DNA of 64,000 bases from the human T2T-CHM13v2.0 reference genome, Homo sapiens: NCBI RefSeq assembly GCF_009914755.1, contig NC_060933.1; one strand, given 5' to 3'. The notes under the pieces are model-generated. The model searched no databases. It saw only the letters and a program-made list of their open reading frames with translations, and was not told the DNA's origin. Position numbers and translations under genes: made by a program. Shown here one piece after another: positions 51,413 to 64,000 of the stretch (positions are counted from its first letter, which is position 1; the number at the start of each line of letters is the position of its first letter).

Positions 51413-53751
51413 AGTATCCTTTTTGGAAAAAAGAATACTTTTAATTAGAATTGAATATTCTTAATCCTCGGGCAAATGGGCTTAGTTTTCTATAAGCAAC
51501 TTTTTCCTGAGACAGAGCAACCTTCTGATAATTTTACAATAGGCCATTTTTGTGTCTAACACGTATTAAATGAGGTTCCTTACAAACTGTCAGACAATAT
51601 TGTTTAATGATGAATAAAAACATTTGCATTTTATGTAGAAAGAAGAAAATGGGCATAACCTTCCCTTCTGTCTCTGAGGAAAATGAGAGGCCACTACGGT
51701 AACAGCACACACTCCATCTTATTCTTGGACTGATCGAGCCCATTGGAAGAACCCTTGCCCATTTTGCAGTGTATTCATTCAACACTAGCTCTGGAAGGTG
51801 TAAAATGCTTCCACACAGAATGCTCCTCTGTCCTTGATGGCCTACAGTGTAAAGGTGCCAGAAGAAGTAAATGCAGCCCTTATTCTAATACCAAAGAAAG
51901 CCAGAAATCCAGGACTGGAAGTCAGAAAAAAAAAAAAAATTCTTGGTTACTCTTGCCCCTTATCCTGATCTCATCATCCACACTGTGATCTTGTGCCTCT
52001 TAAGGGCTCAGGAAAGAGAGGGCTGAAGAAAGGGAAGACTTGAGAAGAATATGTTCTTCTAAAAAGTGGGAAGTAACAATAACAATTTGTAGTATCCCTC
52101 CCTCCTCCATGCCCAGCCCTGAAATGAACCCAGACAGGAAGCAATGGTTGCCCTCTTCCCAACCAAACAGCCCTACGTAGGAATAAGAAGCAAGACAGAC
52201 AAGGCAAGCAAAGAAGTGGGTAAGCCCCAAGATGTAGCAGCGATGGGCCAGCCATTGGCTGGGCTTCCACATGTGCCCTCTCTGCTGCTTGTTAACTGTG
52301 GGCTCTGTTAACTGCTCAAGGGGGGTGCTGTTTTGCTGAGGGAAGAAATAGTTGCAAAAAGAATTATCGTGCACTGGGGAATTGAGGTATTATTGCTTTG
52401 CAGAATTTCATGTGCCAATTTCCTTGAAGCAATTGTTATCTTCATCTAAAAGAGGTGGGACAACAGTGACCTTTGGAAAAATAGCTGTGTGATTTCAAAG
52501 GTCTCTCTATGGTCTTTGTTCTTTTTTTAAAATTTTATTTAGAAAAAATAAATTTTCCTTGCAGAGCAGGGCTAACTCATAGGCATGCATCCAGAATTGG
52601 CCCAGTCTTTGCTCTTTGTGAACTTTTTCAGTTGGGACTGTCTCTGGAGTTTTTGTGCCTAAACTTCCTTTAAGTTGCAAGGTCAACATGGCAAATGTGA
52701 AGATATTTCACTATAATTTTCCAACTTCCTTTTGGACCTCAACGCAAAGGAGGTCCAAAGACAGCAAAAGGTGACAATAGAGATGAGACACATTTAAAAC
52801 TGATCTTTTCCCTCTGCTTCCTGATTGCTAGGAACAAGGGCAATGTTAAATTCTCCACAACTCAAACCAAATTGGAAGCTCCTTGTCGGATGACCAAGTT
52901 CTCTCTGAAAGCTTGCTGGTGACCACAGTTTATTCCCTGAAACTGACTTGGCCACTAATTCGCTCTGTTCTCTTAGGTGAATAGTTTTGTCTTTCATTAA
53001 ATTGGAAGTGGTACACCCATCTAGCATTAAGACCACCTCTTTCTGATTTAAAAACCATTGGCCCTGGAGCTATACTGCCAAGGTCCAAATTCCAGCTCTG
53101 GGCCATTTTTACAGCTGTAAAACAGTGGACTGGTCAGATCGTCTCTCCATGCCTCTCTTTCCTCATCTGTGAAATGTACCTCATAAACTTATTCTGAGGA
53201 TTAAAATCAGACACTGCGTGTGAAGCTTTTTACAGTCTGGAACGTGGTTAAGAACTCACTACATGTCCAATTTCTGCTTCTCACAGGATGGCAATCCTCT
53301 AAATAGATCATTCCTACAGTCTCATACAGGCTCGAATTCCTCCTGGATGTTGCAAAACAAGCACATTTTCTCTCCATCCACCAAAGTATTAAATGGAAGT
53401 TCCAACTTCCACTAATTAAAATAGAGATGATGTCATTCAGAAAGCAGAATTGCATTCCTCTTGCCCAAATGTTCTTACATCTGGTCCTAATATTCATTTT
53501 CTTCCCATTTTTGGATTGGAAAAATAGAATGCCATGTCCACAGGTTGTCCTTTAGAAATTTAAGGGGTGATCGTGAATGAAATGGTGTGAAGCTGGCAAA
53601 TATAGCTTCAGGTTTCTAATTTCAGGAATGGAGCACAGGAAAGCTGAACATCTAAACAGGGTTTACCCAGTCCTCAGTGTGTTTTCTTTCAGAGCCCAGC
53701 CATACAACACTACAAGTAACCACATAGCTGTTATTGATGGTGAATTCTTAC

Positions 53752-53799
53752 TCCTTCTCCATAGAAGACATTTCTGGATCATTGTAAAGGCAGCTAGTT
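53752..53799 (-). CDS. PRUNE2: PRUNE2 coding exon, 48 nt: TSCLYNDPEMSSMEK
   Basis: ttttttccttgcactcag|AACTAGC...GAGAAGGA|gtaaga; in frame, phase 2-2. Confidence 0.95.
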
Positions 53800-54443
53800 C
53801 TGAGTGCAAGGAAAAAATAGGAAGCAGTCAACATTTCCCCACTGTCACCACTGTGAAAGCACAACAGATTTGAGGCATTTGAAACTGTTTAATGTGGTCC
53901 CATTGCTAATACTGAACAAATCCATACCTGAACAGATGATAAGATTAAGCTGTAACCCTTACCATTGGTTTTGAAATACAAGTGATTGCCCATGATATAA
54001 AAACACAAAGCAAAGATTAAAAACTCCAAACACCTCCAGTGGTCTCTTCTGTCCTCATTTTTCCCTGCCTTTTCAATTTGTCTTATTCAGGGGACATATT
54101 ACAAAATTGTTTTGGTACCCCAAATAATAAAATACACACAGAAGAAAATCCCTCTCAAGCAGCCTAATTTTATTCACCCATGAACACAGTTAATTTTCAG
54201 TTTTCACAAGAATGAGGATTTCCCAATACACTGAAAGAAAAAATGTCAGCGTCAGCTCTCCTCATTGTTGTTGTTACAGAAATAACAGGACACTTACCAC
54301 TCCATACAGCTGAGCTGTGTCCAGGTGATACAAATGAATCCTACCATTTACCTCAACTGAGTATGCCCAGAAAACAAATGTAACCTTATAAAATAATAAA
54401 TAAAAGTGTTTTTATGGCATTTATGTTTTTTGTGTAGTATTAG

Positions 54444-54917
<474 letters not shown>

Positions 54918-56023
54918 TAAGTGCAGCTGTCCTCTTAGTAATATAATTTCACAAGCTAATTTATCTGTTTGCACATAAGAGGATCCATGATGAAGGTCAG
55001 GTGTTTTGTTGAAAATGACAGGCGGCTATCTCCCCAGGTGAGATAGCAACCTTCCTTTCTCACTCCCCACCCTTCTTGCTGGTGGTCTGATATTTTTATA
55101 GGGAATATTTGGGAATTCCAGTGAGCAAGGACAGTCAAGTAAGTGTTGACAGCGTGCTAAAAAAAACCTAGCAAAGCTGGAATGGAATCAAGAAAGGGCA
55201 ATCTTCCAAACTCAGCTTTTCTGCTTTTTAATTTTGAGTAATCCTCCCAAGGAAAACAGCAATTTGCAAACCCTTTAATACTGTCACTCCAAAGGCAACA
55301 CACGGATGCTTCCCAATTTTCAAAATAAGAATGGTTCTAGGTATACTATTTATCCTTCAGAAGTATAATACTTTCTTTCCTGTATACAGCTAAGGTTTTA
55401 AAGAAAAGATAAGGCAGGCTGAGGAAATCACCTTCTGAAGTCAATTAGAGTTGGGGTGCAGTTTGAGTGGTGGTATGTGTGTGTGTGAGGGGAGAGGGAG
55501 AATGTTGAGAAACTAGTGGGCATAAAGCAAAACAGTGGACAGATAGGTTTTGTTCCCTGACCAAGTGTACGTTTGCCTTTGGTTAGACCTAGCCTGAAGC
55601 TTTCTGAACAAGTCATGTGGAAAGTCAGGCGCATCTGTCAACAGGAAGAACCTGGGCATATCTGGCTTCTAACCATAGATCTGCAGTGATCATGTTTATC
55701 ATACAGTTTCTCCTAGAATTCAGGGGCTACTTCAGAGGCTAAAAGGTAGTTGAAAAAATGTTGCTGGTAGCCGAGATGGTGGGATTCTAAGGCATTCCAA
55801 TCACCTGTGGGGTCAACAGAGTAGAATTTTTTCTCTGTACACATTTTCAAATGTGCAAATATATTTCAATTCCTCATACATGTGATGTTACCATCAAAAA
55901 GGTAGGATCAAAAGATCCTAGAGGGAGGATTCTTCAGGCAGATGGCTTACCCACTGAATCCAAAGCAAGAGCATAGACCTCCAAAACAAATCTGATTATT
56001 TTTATTTGGCCCTTGACTTTTAG

Positions 56024-56526
56024 GCAGTGGTTCTCAAAGCTGGGTCCTGAGACCAGCAGCATCAGCATCACTGGGAACTTGTTAGAAATGCAGACTTTTT
56101 TTTTTCTTGAGACAGGGTCTCACTCCGTTGCCCAGGCTGGAGTGTAGTGGTAAGATCAATTAGCTCACTGCAACCTTGAACTCCAGGGCTCAATGGATCC
56201 TCCCACCTCAGCCTCCCATGTAGCTGGGACTGCAGGCACATACCACCATACTTGGCTAATTAAAAAAAATTTTTTTTGTAGAGATGGAGTCCTGCTATGT
56301 TGCCCAGGCTGGTCTCTAACTCCTGGCCTCAAGCAATCCTCCCCACTCAGCCTCCCAAAGTCCTGGGATTACAGGGCTGAGCAACCTCACCTGGCCAGAA
56401 ATGCAGATTTTTAGGCTCCACTCTAGAGCTGCTGAATCAGAAACTTTGGGGGTGAGACATGGGATTTCGTGTTTTACCATGTGCTCCAGGTCATTGCAAT
56501 GCACAATAAAGTTTGAGAACCCACTG
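56024..56526. mobile_element. MER5A interrupted by AluJ (56096-56395, -)
   Basis: cagtggttctcaaag ... gtttgagaacccactg; Alu TSD AGAAATGCAGA. Confidence 0.85.
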
Positions 56527-57652
56527 CTCAACAGCAATGAACTGACTGTTATGCAAATTCATTAATTTATGCAGCATAAATTTACTGAGCATCTACTATG
56601 TACCAGGCACGAGCATAGTGCTTCCTTTAGGAGGGAGATCAAAATGTCTCAGGACCCTCTGAGCCATTTAGACACATTGGGAGAGGGTAGGTAGGGGTAA
56701 GGAAGAGAACAAAATAGTGGATGTGAGAGAAAAAAGAGAAAGCTACAAAACTACCCAAAAACAATAATCATTTTACTGTGGCAGCTAAGCAGAAAGAGTA
56801 TAAATATAGAGGAAAAAAATCTATTAAAAGAAGCAAGATTTCATGGTAATAATGAAAGAAACATGACAATATGACTTTATGACAGGTTTGTCTGAAAAAT
56901 TATTGATGTTCTTTCCCCCATCTTTTGTCTTCAAAATAGCGCTTTAATTTCATAAATATGTTATCATCCTGAAAAAATAAATCTGAAAGAAAACTGAAAA
57001 AATCTGAAAGAGAACTCTCACTGAGCGTTCTCTCTCTCTAGGAAATCTCATGATACAAAGCAATTTGAGTGCAGGTAAATGCTAAAGGGATGTTACACCA
57101 ACACTCAGTTCCTTGATTACTAGTATTTTCCTTACTTCCACAACTTCTTATTTGTGACAGTTGGGATCAAGACTAAGAAGATTTTTTAGAATAAAAAATT
57201 ACACAGTTTTGAGTTTCATTATCTAATTGGGTGTCAGTTATCTTGAAAGAAAATGAGAAGATTGGAATATTGTAACAGTAAACTCCACTAATGCTAAACT
57301 TTCTAAAGCAAAAACCTATCCTTTAATTTTTAACACAAAAGATTGGCACACTACAAGCAAATAATCCTATAGGTTATTATAATAAAAATGTACCATAGGG
57401 GAAAAATGTCTAAATGGATTGTTTTAATGAGGAATTGGCATTTACAACTATGCAGAAAATGTCTATTAGTTAGATTTTATTTATTCAGAATTTATAGCTG
57501 TTAGGACATTGTCCAGGCCTTCTGCTTTTGCAATGTCTATTAAAATGGGAGCTGGTTTTAAAAATTAACAGCATAAGCAACATTTAAAATAGGGAAGAAA
57601 CTTAATGTGCTTAATTCAGCAAACTTTTCAAATAGTACTTGGTTATATCTAA

Positions 57653-58041
<389 letters not shown>

Positions 58042-58862
58042 TAGTTTCTGTCCAGCAGAGATGCAAATAATTTCTGTCCAGTGGAAAAGACAACCTCAAT
58101 ATTACAGTTTATTGCCCTGTTGTTTATTAACCAGTTTTGTATCTAACCCAACAATCTTATCCAAATATTCTTCTATAAATTGCCTATAGATATCTAGCTG
58201 CTCAAATGTTCTTTGAACTGGCTTTAACACCTTAGTGGTTCCTGCATTAAATAATTAGTTGAATAAAATCATTGGCATGTGTTCATTTTATATTTGCATG
58301 AGAGTTGTAATTTTGCCTTTTTGAGAATCATACTTTAGCAATAGTGGGCAATGACTTTTGTTTTTCTATTCATCAAAATAGCTCAAAGGCTGTTAGTTAA
58401 GCAATATTTCCAAAGTCATTAAGTAAGTTGTTGTTTTAATTCATAGAAGGCCGTGAAATTGATTCTACAAAAATCTTCCAAATCTCGATGTGTTATTATT
58501 CCTCCCCACTGGTATGAATTAGTGAGGTTCTGTTGCCTCAATACCTAATGATCATCTCGATGTCACACTATATGTGGCAGTGCCTGTGATGTGCTCTTTT
58601 GTTGTGGTGCCTAGAATTGCGTGTACATTAAAAAACAACAACAACAGTGACAAATACATTCCTCAGTATAAGCAAGATCATGGGGAAAAATAGATTGTAG
58701 TAAGAATAATAGAGATTACATCTATCATAGGAGAAAGAGAATTTCTAAAGTGCATTATTATCAGGAAGCAGGAATAAAACACCAGGCATGCAGATTTTCC
58801 CAATTCAGTTCTGAAATGCAAGCCAACATCATGCCAGCCGCTAAACGAAAACCAAGTCTTAC

Positions 58863-58901
58863 TTAGCTGCCTCTGATGCTTCCCTCAGTTCTTCATCCAG
58901 T
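58863..58901 (-). CDS. PRUNE2: PRUNE2 coding exon, 39 nt: LDEELREASEAAK
   Basis: ctcctgcag|ACTGGATGAAGAACTGAGGGAAGCATCAGAGGCAGCTAA|gtaaga; in frame with flanking exons. Confidence 0.95.
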
Positions 58902-59433
58902 CTGCAGGAGCAAAAATTATTGGTGTGGAAAAGAAACAAAAGAGAAGCAAGCACAGCATGAGACAGTCACTCAGCAAAGCAGGGCCAAATGAAAGTGGTG
59001 CATATGTGCTTTTCGAAACTGTCTTCTGGAGCCCTGAGACGTACTCCTTCCATTAAATATGTTGTCATTGCCTCCCATTCAGTGTTTATGTACATTTACT
59101 TTGCAAATTCCTTCATAAAATGTAGACATAAGTTGCAAAGGGATCAGAAACATGCTGGCTGAATAAAGCTGAAAACATCCACGTCAGTCTGGTGGGTACA
59201 GTTCAAGTTAGCTTGCAGCCTGGGCCAAGTCAGGGATGTATCTGGTTTAGTAGGTTTCAGTTGCAAATTAGGTTGACCTCAACAGCTTTACACACAGGAC
59301 AAAGACTGAAAATGGCATACAAAAGACTGATACAGTGACCTCTTGCTCTGGTAGCTTGTTGAGGTCACCCACAAGTAAAACACTGGTGTACACACACAGG
59401 GTCCAGCATGAATAGGAGATCAGGAGATTTTAC

Positions 59434-59469
59434 CTCACACTTCTCTTATAAGATCTCTCTTCATCGTAC
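59434..59469 (-). CDS. PRUNE2: PRUNE2 alternative 36-nt cassette microexon, (K)YDEERSYKRSV(R)
   Basis: ttttttatcttgtaag|GTACGATGAAGAGAGATCTTATAAGAGAAGTGTGAG|gtaaaa; frame-preserving, phase 2-2; resembles the YEEE-basic segment at the same position in paralogues BNIP2/ATCAY (from recall). Confidence 0.8.
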
Positions 59470-59582
59470 CTTACAAGATAAAAAACGAGTGCCATAAGGA
59501 AAATGAGCAAACAGATGGGAAAAATGACAAGTAAATGATTTAAACGACAGTCAAATCATGAGAGAAAATGCCTATCCAGATA

Positions 59583-59921
59583 CAGTCATGCACCATGTAA
59601 CATCATTTGGGTCAGTGATGGACCACATATATGGTAGTGGTCCCCTAAATTAGAATACCATAATTTGACAGTATCTTTTCTACGTGTACATACACAAATA
59701 CTTACCATGGTGTTATAGCTGCCTGCAGTATTCAGTACAGTAACATGCTGTACAGGTGTGTAGCCTAGGAGCAACAGGTTATAGCAGATAGCCTAGGTGG
59801 TGTAGTGGTCTCTACCATCGGGGTGGTTTGTATAAGTTCACTATGATGTCTACACAATGATGAAAACATCTAAAGACGCACTTCTCAGAACATGTCTCTG
59901 TCATTAGGTGATGTATGATGG
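59583..59921 (+). mobile_element. Tigger3/MER7-like MITE
   Basis: TA|cagtcatgcacc...cagtacagtaacatgctgtacagg...tagcctaggtg. Confidence 0.8.
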
Positions 59922-59998
59922 TAATAATAAAATTGACATTTGGGAGAAATCTTATTTTCATTAGAAAACAATCAATGTTTATAATTTATAAATATATG

Positions 59999-60652
59999 CA
60001 GTCAAACCTCATTATTTGCAGATTCTATATTTGTAAATTTGCCTCTTCACTAGCATGTATTTATAAACACAAAATCAATACAAAGTACTTTTTGGGTCAC
60101 TTGTGGACATGTGCAGAGTGGAGAAAAATTTGAGTTGCCCAACATTCATGTTGCCACCTGGCAATGTGTGAGGCTCTGTCTTCTTGTTTCATACTGTAAA
60201 CAAGTGTCCTTTTCACAACCTTTTTAGTGCCTTTTTTTCCACTCATTTTTGTATTTTTCCTTGGTGATTTTGCTGTTCAAATTGGCTTCCAAGCATAGGG
60301 CTGAAATACTGTATTGGGAATACTAGTATTCCCAAGTGCAGGAAAGCTGTGATGTGCCTTATGAAGAAAATATGTGTATTAGATAAGCTTTGTTTATGCA
60401 CAAGTTACAATACTGTTGGCCATGAGTTCAATGTTCATAAATCAACAATGTATACTAAGTAAGGTTCATTTAAACAGAAACACACATAAAAAAAGGTTAT
60501 ATATTGATTGATTGATGAAAACATTGTGACCAGATGCTTGCAGGAACTGAACATCCTGTATTTTCCCTTGGAACACTATTTCAGTATTCACTAATTAAGT
60601 GTTTGCAGTGACTTTATAGAACATAACTGCCACAAATAATGAGAATCAACTG
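59999..60652 (+). mobile_element. TcMar-Tigger element (MER82-like)
   Basis: cagtcaaacctcattatttgc ... aataatgagaatcaactg|TA. Confidence 0.8.
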
Positions 60653-61506
60653 TAACCAATGATTATACATTTGGTTCTAGGTTGGGCAAGTTTTTCTTTC
60701 ATTTAAGCCCTTTGATGACAGGCTCCATCTCAGCTGAGGACTGGTTGTGGGAGTGGCTGAGATTAGATCCTTTGAATGTTATTCAGTGATAAAAAGGAGC
60801 CATGGCTCGTATCCATTTGAAATTTGCAAAACATGAAATTGAGGTGATGAAGGTCAGTAACAGAAATGGCAGAAAGGACATCCCAAGGAGATGAATTACA
60901 GAAAACAGAACACATGGACATGTGGGCAGCACATGAATGGTGGTAAATTTCTTTCTCCAGAAAAAAATTTTTCCAACTAGAACCCTTCCTCCTGAAGTAA
61001 CTTTTCCCAAATGGAGCCCTTGAAAACTGATGTGTGCAGTTGAATGAAAAATGTCCTAGGTATACTTAACTTCTCATTTGAACTTTCCCATATGATGGAG
61101 AGTCTCTAAAAGCAACAGGTGTAACAATAAATAAGATTCTGGATTGCGAACTCTGTGCTGGGAGGCTTTGCAAGTGCTTTGTGTACCCTGTTTGCATTCA
61201 ACCCTCAGAACCATTCCAGGAAGTGCAACTTACTTCCTTACTTTACAGATGCTGAAGCTGAGACTCAGAATATTTTAATTAATTAATCATTTTAATAGAT
61301 GACTTGAAGTCTCAGAGACATTGAGAGGTAGGAGAGAAGGTTCAAATCTAAGTCTCTAAAGCCCATTCACTTTTCATTCTATTGCCTCTGTCACACCATG
61401 GAAGTGTTACCGTGTTTACTTGGAAAGTGGTCAATGCTCAATTCCACTAGAAGAGAGAATGTCCTTGTCATCTTATAGAATGTGAGTGTTTCCATACTTC
61501 TTCATC

Positions 61507-61810
61507 TTTTTTTTTTCTTCTTTTTTGAGACAGCGTCTCACTCTGTCAACCAGGCTTGAGTGCAGTGGTGCGATCTCGGCTCACTGCAATTTCCGCCTCC
61601 CAGGCTCAAGCAATCCTACCACTTTAATCTCTTGAGTAGCTAGGACTACAGGTGCATGCTACCACACCCGGCTAATTTTTGTGTTTTTTTCATAGAGATG
61701 GGGTGGGGGGGGGGCTCACCATGTTGCCCAGGCTGGTCTTGAACTCCTGGACTCAAGCTATCCACCCTCCTCAGACTCCCAAAGTGCTAAGATTACAGGT
61801 GTGAGGCATC
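61507..61810 (-). mobile_element. AluJ
   Basis: Dimer; TCCATACTT flanking repeat. Confidence 0.9.
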
Positions 61811-63260
61811 CCTCTCTGCCTCCATACTTTTTAAATTTAAAGAGTAGAAGTGGGATTTGAAGACGGAGTACACCTTTTTGAGGCAGCAGCCCAGAGCTAT
61901 GAGGTATGCTGGTTGTGGAAACGCTGTGAAGCTAATGAGGGTTGAAGCCGTCATTAGGATCTAATGAACACTCCGTTTGATTCAGCTGAGCCCAGCTGAC
62001 CACCGGAAGCCCAGTCAGTATCCTGTGTTCACGCCCGATATTGCTTATGTAGGAGAACCAAATGAATCTACTTCTGAGGTTTGAATTTTGAAGGATTCTC
62101 TGAGAGAGGTAAAGGAATCTACTAGAAAAGGACATGGGAATTTTAGTGCCAGGCTGACCTGAATTTGAATTTCCGTTCCATCTCTTCCTGGTTCCTACTT
62201 ATACTGTGCATAAGTAACTTCCTACTAAGTTACGTCCCCTGCATCTGTAAAACAGGGGTTTACTATAAGAGTTAAATAAATGATATAAATAGAGCACTGC
62301 TATGCTTGGCATATCATAGACACACATTACATGAGAATTCTTTCCTTCCAGTTTCTAGGCTGGGCCTTTTTAATTAATTAATTAATTTTTTAAAGTGAGA
62401 GGACTCTTTTTTGGAATCCCAAACGAGAGGTACATTTTGCTATCCATTTTATGGAGGAAGATGAATGATACTTGCCTGTTTTCTTTGAGCTAATGGTTAA
62501 GTCCCTCTCCATTCAAATGAAATGAAAAAAGCTAGTGATTCAGATACAGTGAACAACAACAAAAAAAAAGACACACAGAAAACAATCGTTCTTTGCAACA
62601 ATGTACCAGATACAACTGTTCATTCTCCGATATCCCTGTTTTAAAATCCCAGCTCCAAGTATTTATTTTGTTAAATTTTATCCTAGTTTTTGTAGCATCA
62701 TCCTGAGACCTTCAGTACCCATGCAGGATGCTGACGCTGATACTGCGTTACCCTCTATTGAGCAAGGAAACCATTCCTCACCACCTCACCCACCACTGGG
62801 CAAATGCCCTCTACTTAATCATGACAAACAAAAAAGGTTTAGAAGAAACAGAGAAAGAGTTATTTCTTTCTATTTTCCTAGCATCATGCAGATAAATTAC
62901 TTTGTATAAGACAATAAAGAAATCCAAGCTATGCTAAGACCGTCTTGTGTCTGTGCAGAGTGGGGGACACAAGAAACTGATACACTGTTAACCAGTAGAG
63001 ACAGTATACCAATTAACCAATGTAACTGTTACTTTTTCCAAAGTGGTAGTAAAGTTCAAGCTAAAAATGAACAATAATCAAATAACCCCAGGAAAAGATT
63101 AGGTGAAAGAGGATCTAAAAGAACACAACAATTATCTATAGGTTATAGGAAAAAATTGTATTTATTGGAGGATATTTAATATTGTTTTAAAAATAAGATA
63201 GTGCCATTTCCCCTGTTCCAGAACTGACCTCTTTTCCAACCCACTTCTCCAAACACACAC

Positions 63261-63550
63261 TTTTTTTTTTTTTTGATACAGGGTCTCACTGCCACCAGGC
63301 TGGAGTACAGTGGCACGATCACAGCTCACTGCAGCCTTGACTTCCCAGGATCAGGTGATCCTCCCATCTCAGCCCCCTGAATAGCTGGACTACAGGCAAA
63401 TGCCATCACGCCTGGCTAATTTTTATATATTTAGTAGGAATGGGGTTTTGCTATGTTGTCCAGGCTGATTGCAAACTCCTGGGCTCAACTGATTCTTCCA
63501 CTCAGCCTCCCAAAGTGCTAGGATTACAGGCGTGAGCCACCACACCCAGC
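63261..63550 (-). mobile_element. AluJ, ~50 nt from the donor of the 99-nt exon
   Basis: Dimer with T tract. Confidence 0.9.
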
Positions 63551-63600
63551 CTCAAACTAGTACTATTTCTTAACACATCTCTGAAACTGTCAGGACTTAC

Positions 63601-63699
63601 TTGATGATGCTCTCTGGAATGTGGATGCAATCCATTGGGATCAGCCCACTGAGTTCTGATAAGCTATTGACATATTTAATTTTACTGCTGAATTTTGAA
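63601..63699 (-). CDS. PRUNE2: PRUNE2 coding exon, 99 nt, C-terminal part of BCH/CRAL-TRIO domain: SKFSSKIKYVNSLSELSGLIPMDCIHIPESIIK
   Basis: Minus strand: poly-T tract + TAG acceptor (63700-01), GTAAGT donor (63599-600), open phase 2-2. Peptide recognised as the BNIP2/ATCAY/PRUNE2-type BCH domain end. Confidence 0.96.
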
Positions 63700-63889
63700 C
63701 TAAAAAAAAAAAAAAGAAAAAAATATGTATCATTAGTCACTACCTTATCCATTCTAAGGCTATTGCCTTTTCTTGAAAATCCTGATACTTAACACCTTGC
63801 CACAGCACTCTTACTAAGAGGCTAACATTATTTGACGAGTTACAATGTGCCAGACACTGTTTTGTTGTTGTTGGTGGTGATGTTTTATT

Positions 63890-64000
63890 CTGTTTTTAAA
63901 ATTTATTTTTTAAATTGCCATGTAAAAAAGTATAACATGATGTTCTGAAATATGTATACGTTGTGGAATGGCTGAACTGAGCTAATTTACGTATGTATTA
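63890..64000 (-). mobile_element. L1 (L1MA/PB) 3' end
   Basis: aacatgatgttctgaaatatgtatacgttgtggaatggct. Confidence 0.7.

Noticed and set aside
54298-54356. Possible extra PRUNE2 exon (strong donor GTG|GTAAGT at ~54297)
   Set aside because: Upstream acceptors are poor and give an immediate stop or a frameshift; not supportable without RNA data.
63601-63792. Plus-strand ORF MMMLSGMW...
   Set aside because: Antisense shadow of the real PRUNE2 exon.

Overview
Human (primate) genomic DNA, rich in Alu, L1, LTR and DNA-transposon repeats. From ~45.8 kb to the window end, the minus strand carries the 3' end of PRUNE2 (BMCC1/BNIPXL; 9q21 from recall). Four canonical coding exons (63601-63699, 58863-58901, 53752-53799, 48977-49007) splice in frame to ...SKFSSKIKYVNSLSELSGLIPMDCIHIPESIIKLDEELREASEAAKTSCLYNDPEMSSMEKDIDLKLKEKP*, the end of the BCH domain plus tail, followed by a ~3.2 kb 3'UTR. 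I also see a 36-nt in-frame cassette microexon (YDEERSYKRSVR) and a candidate 47-nt exon that would end the protein in a CCaX-like motif (KLCCVH*). The first ~45 kb has no supportable protein-coding gene. It holds a polyadenylated 28S rRNA 3'-end retrocopy with a 17-bp TSD and an internal deletion, a 35-nt U2 snRNA retro-fragment, nested LTR/Alu/DNA-transposon stacks and several local duplications. Nearly all ORFs in the supplied track are repeat-derived or spurious. No wholly new biological system is evident; the best leads are alternative PRUNE2 C-termini. Repeat subfamily names come from memory of consensus sequences, and repeat boundaries are approximate.
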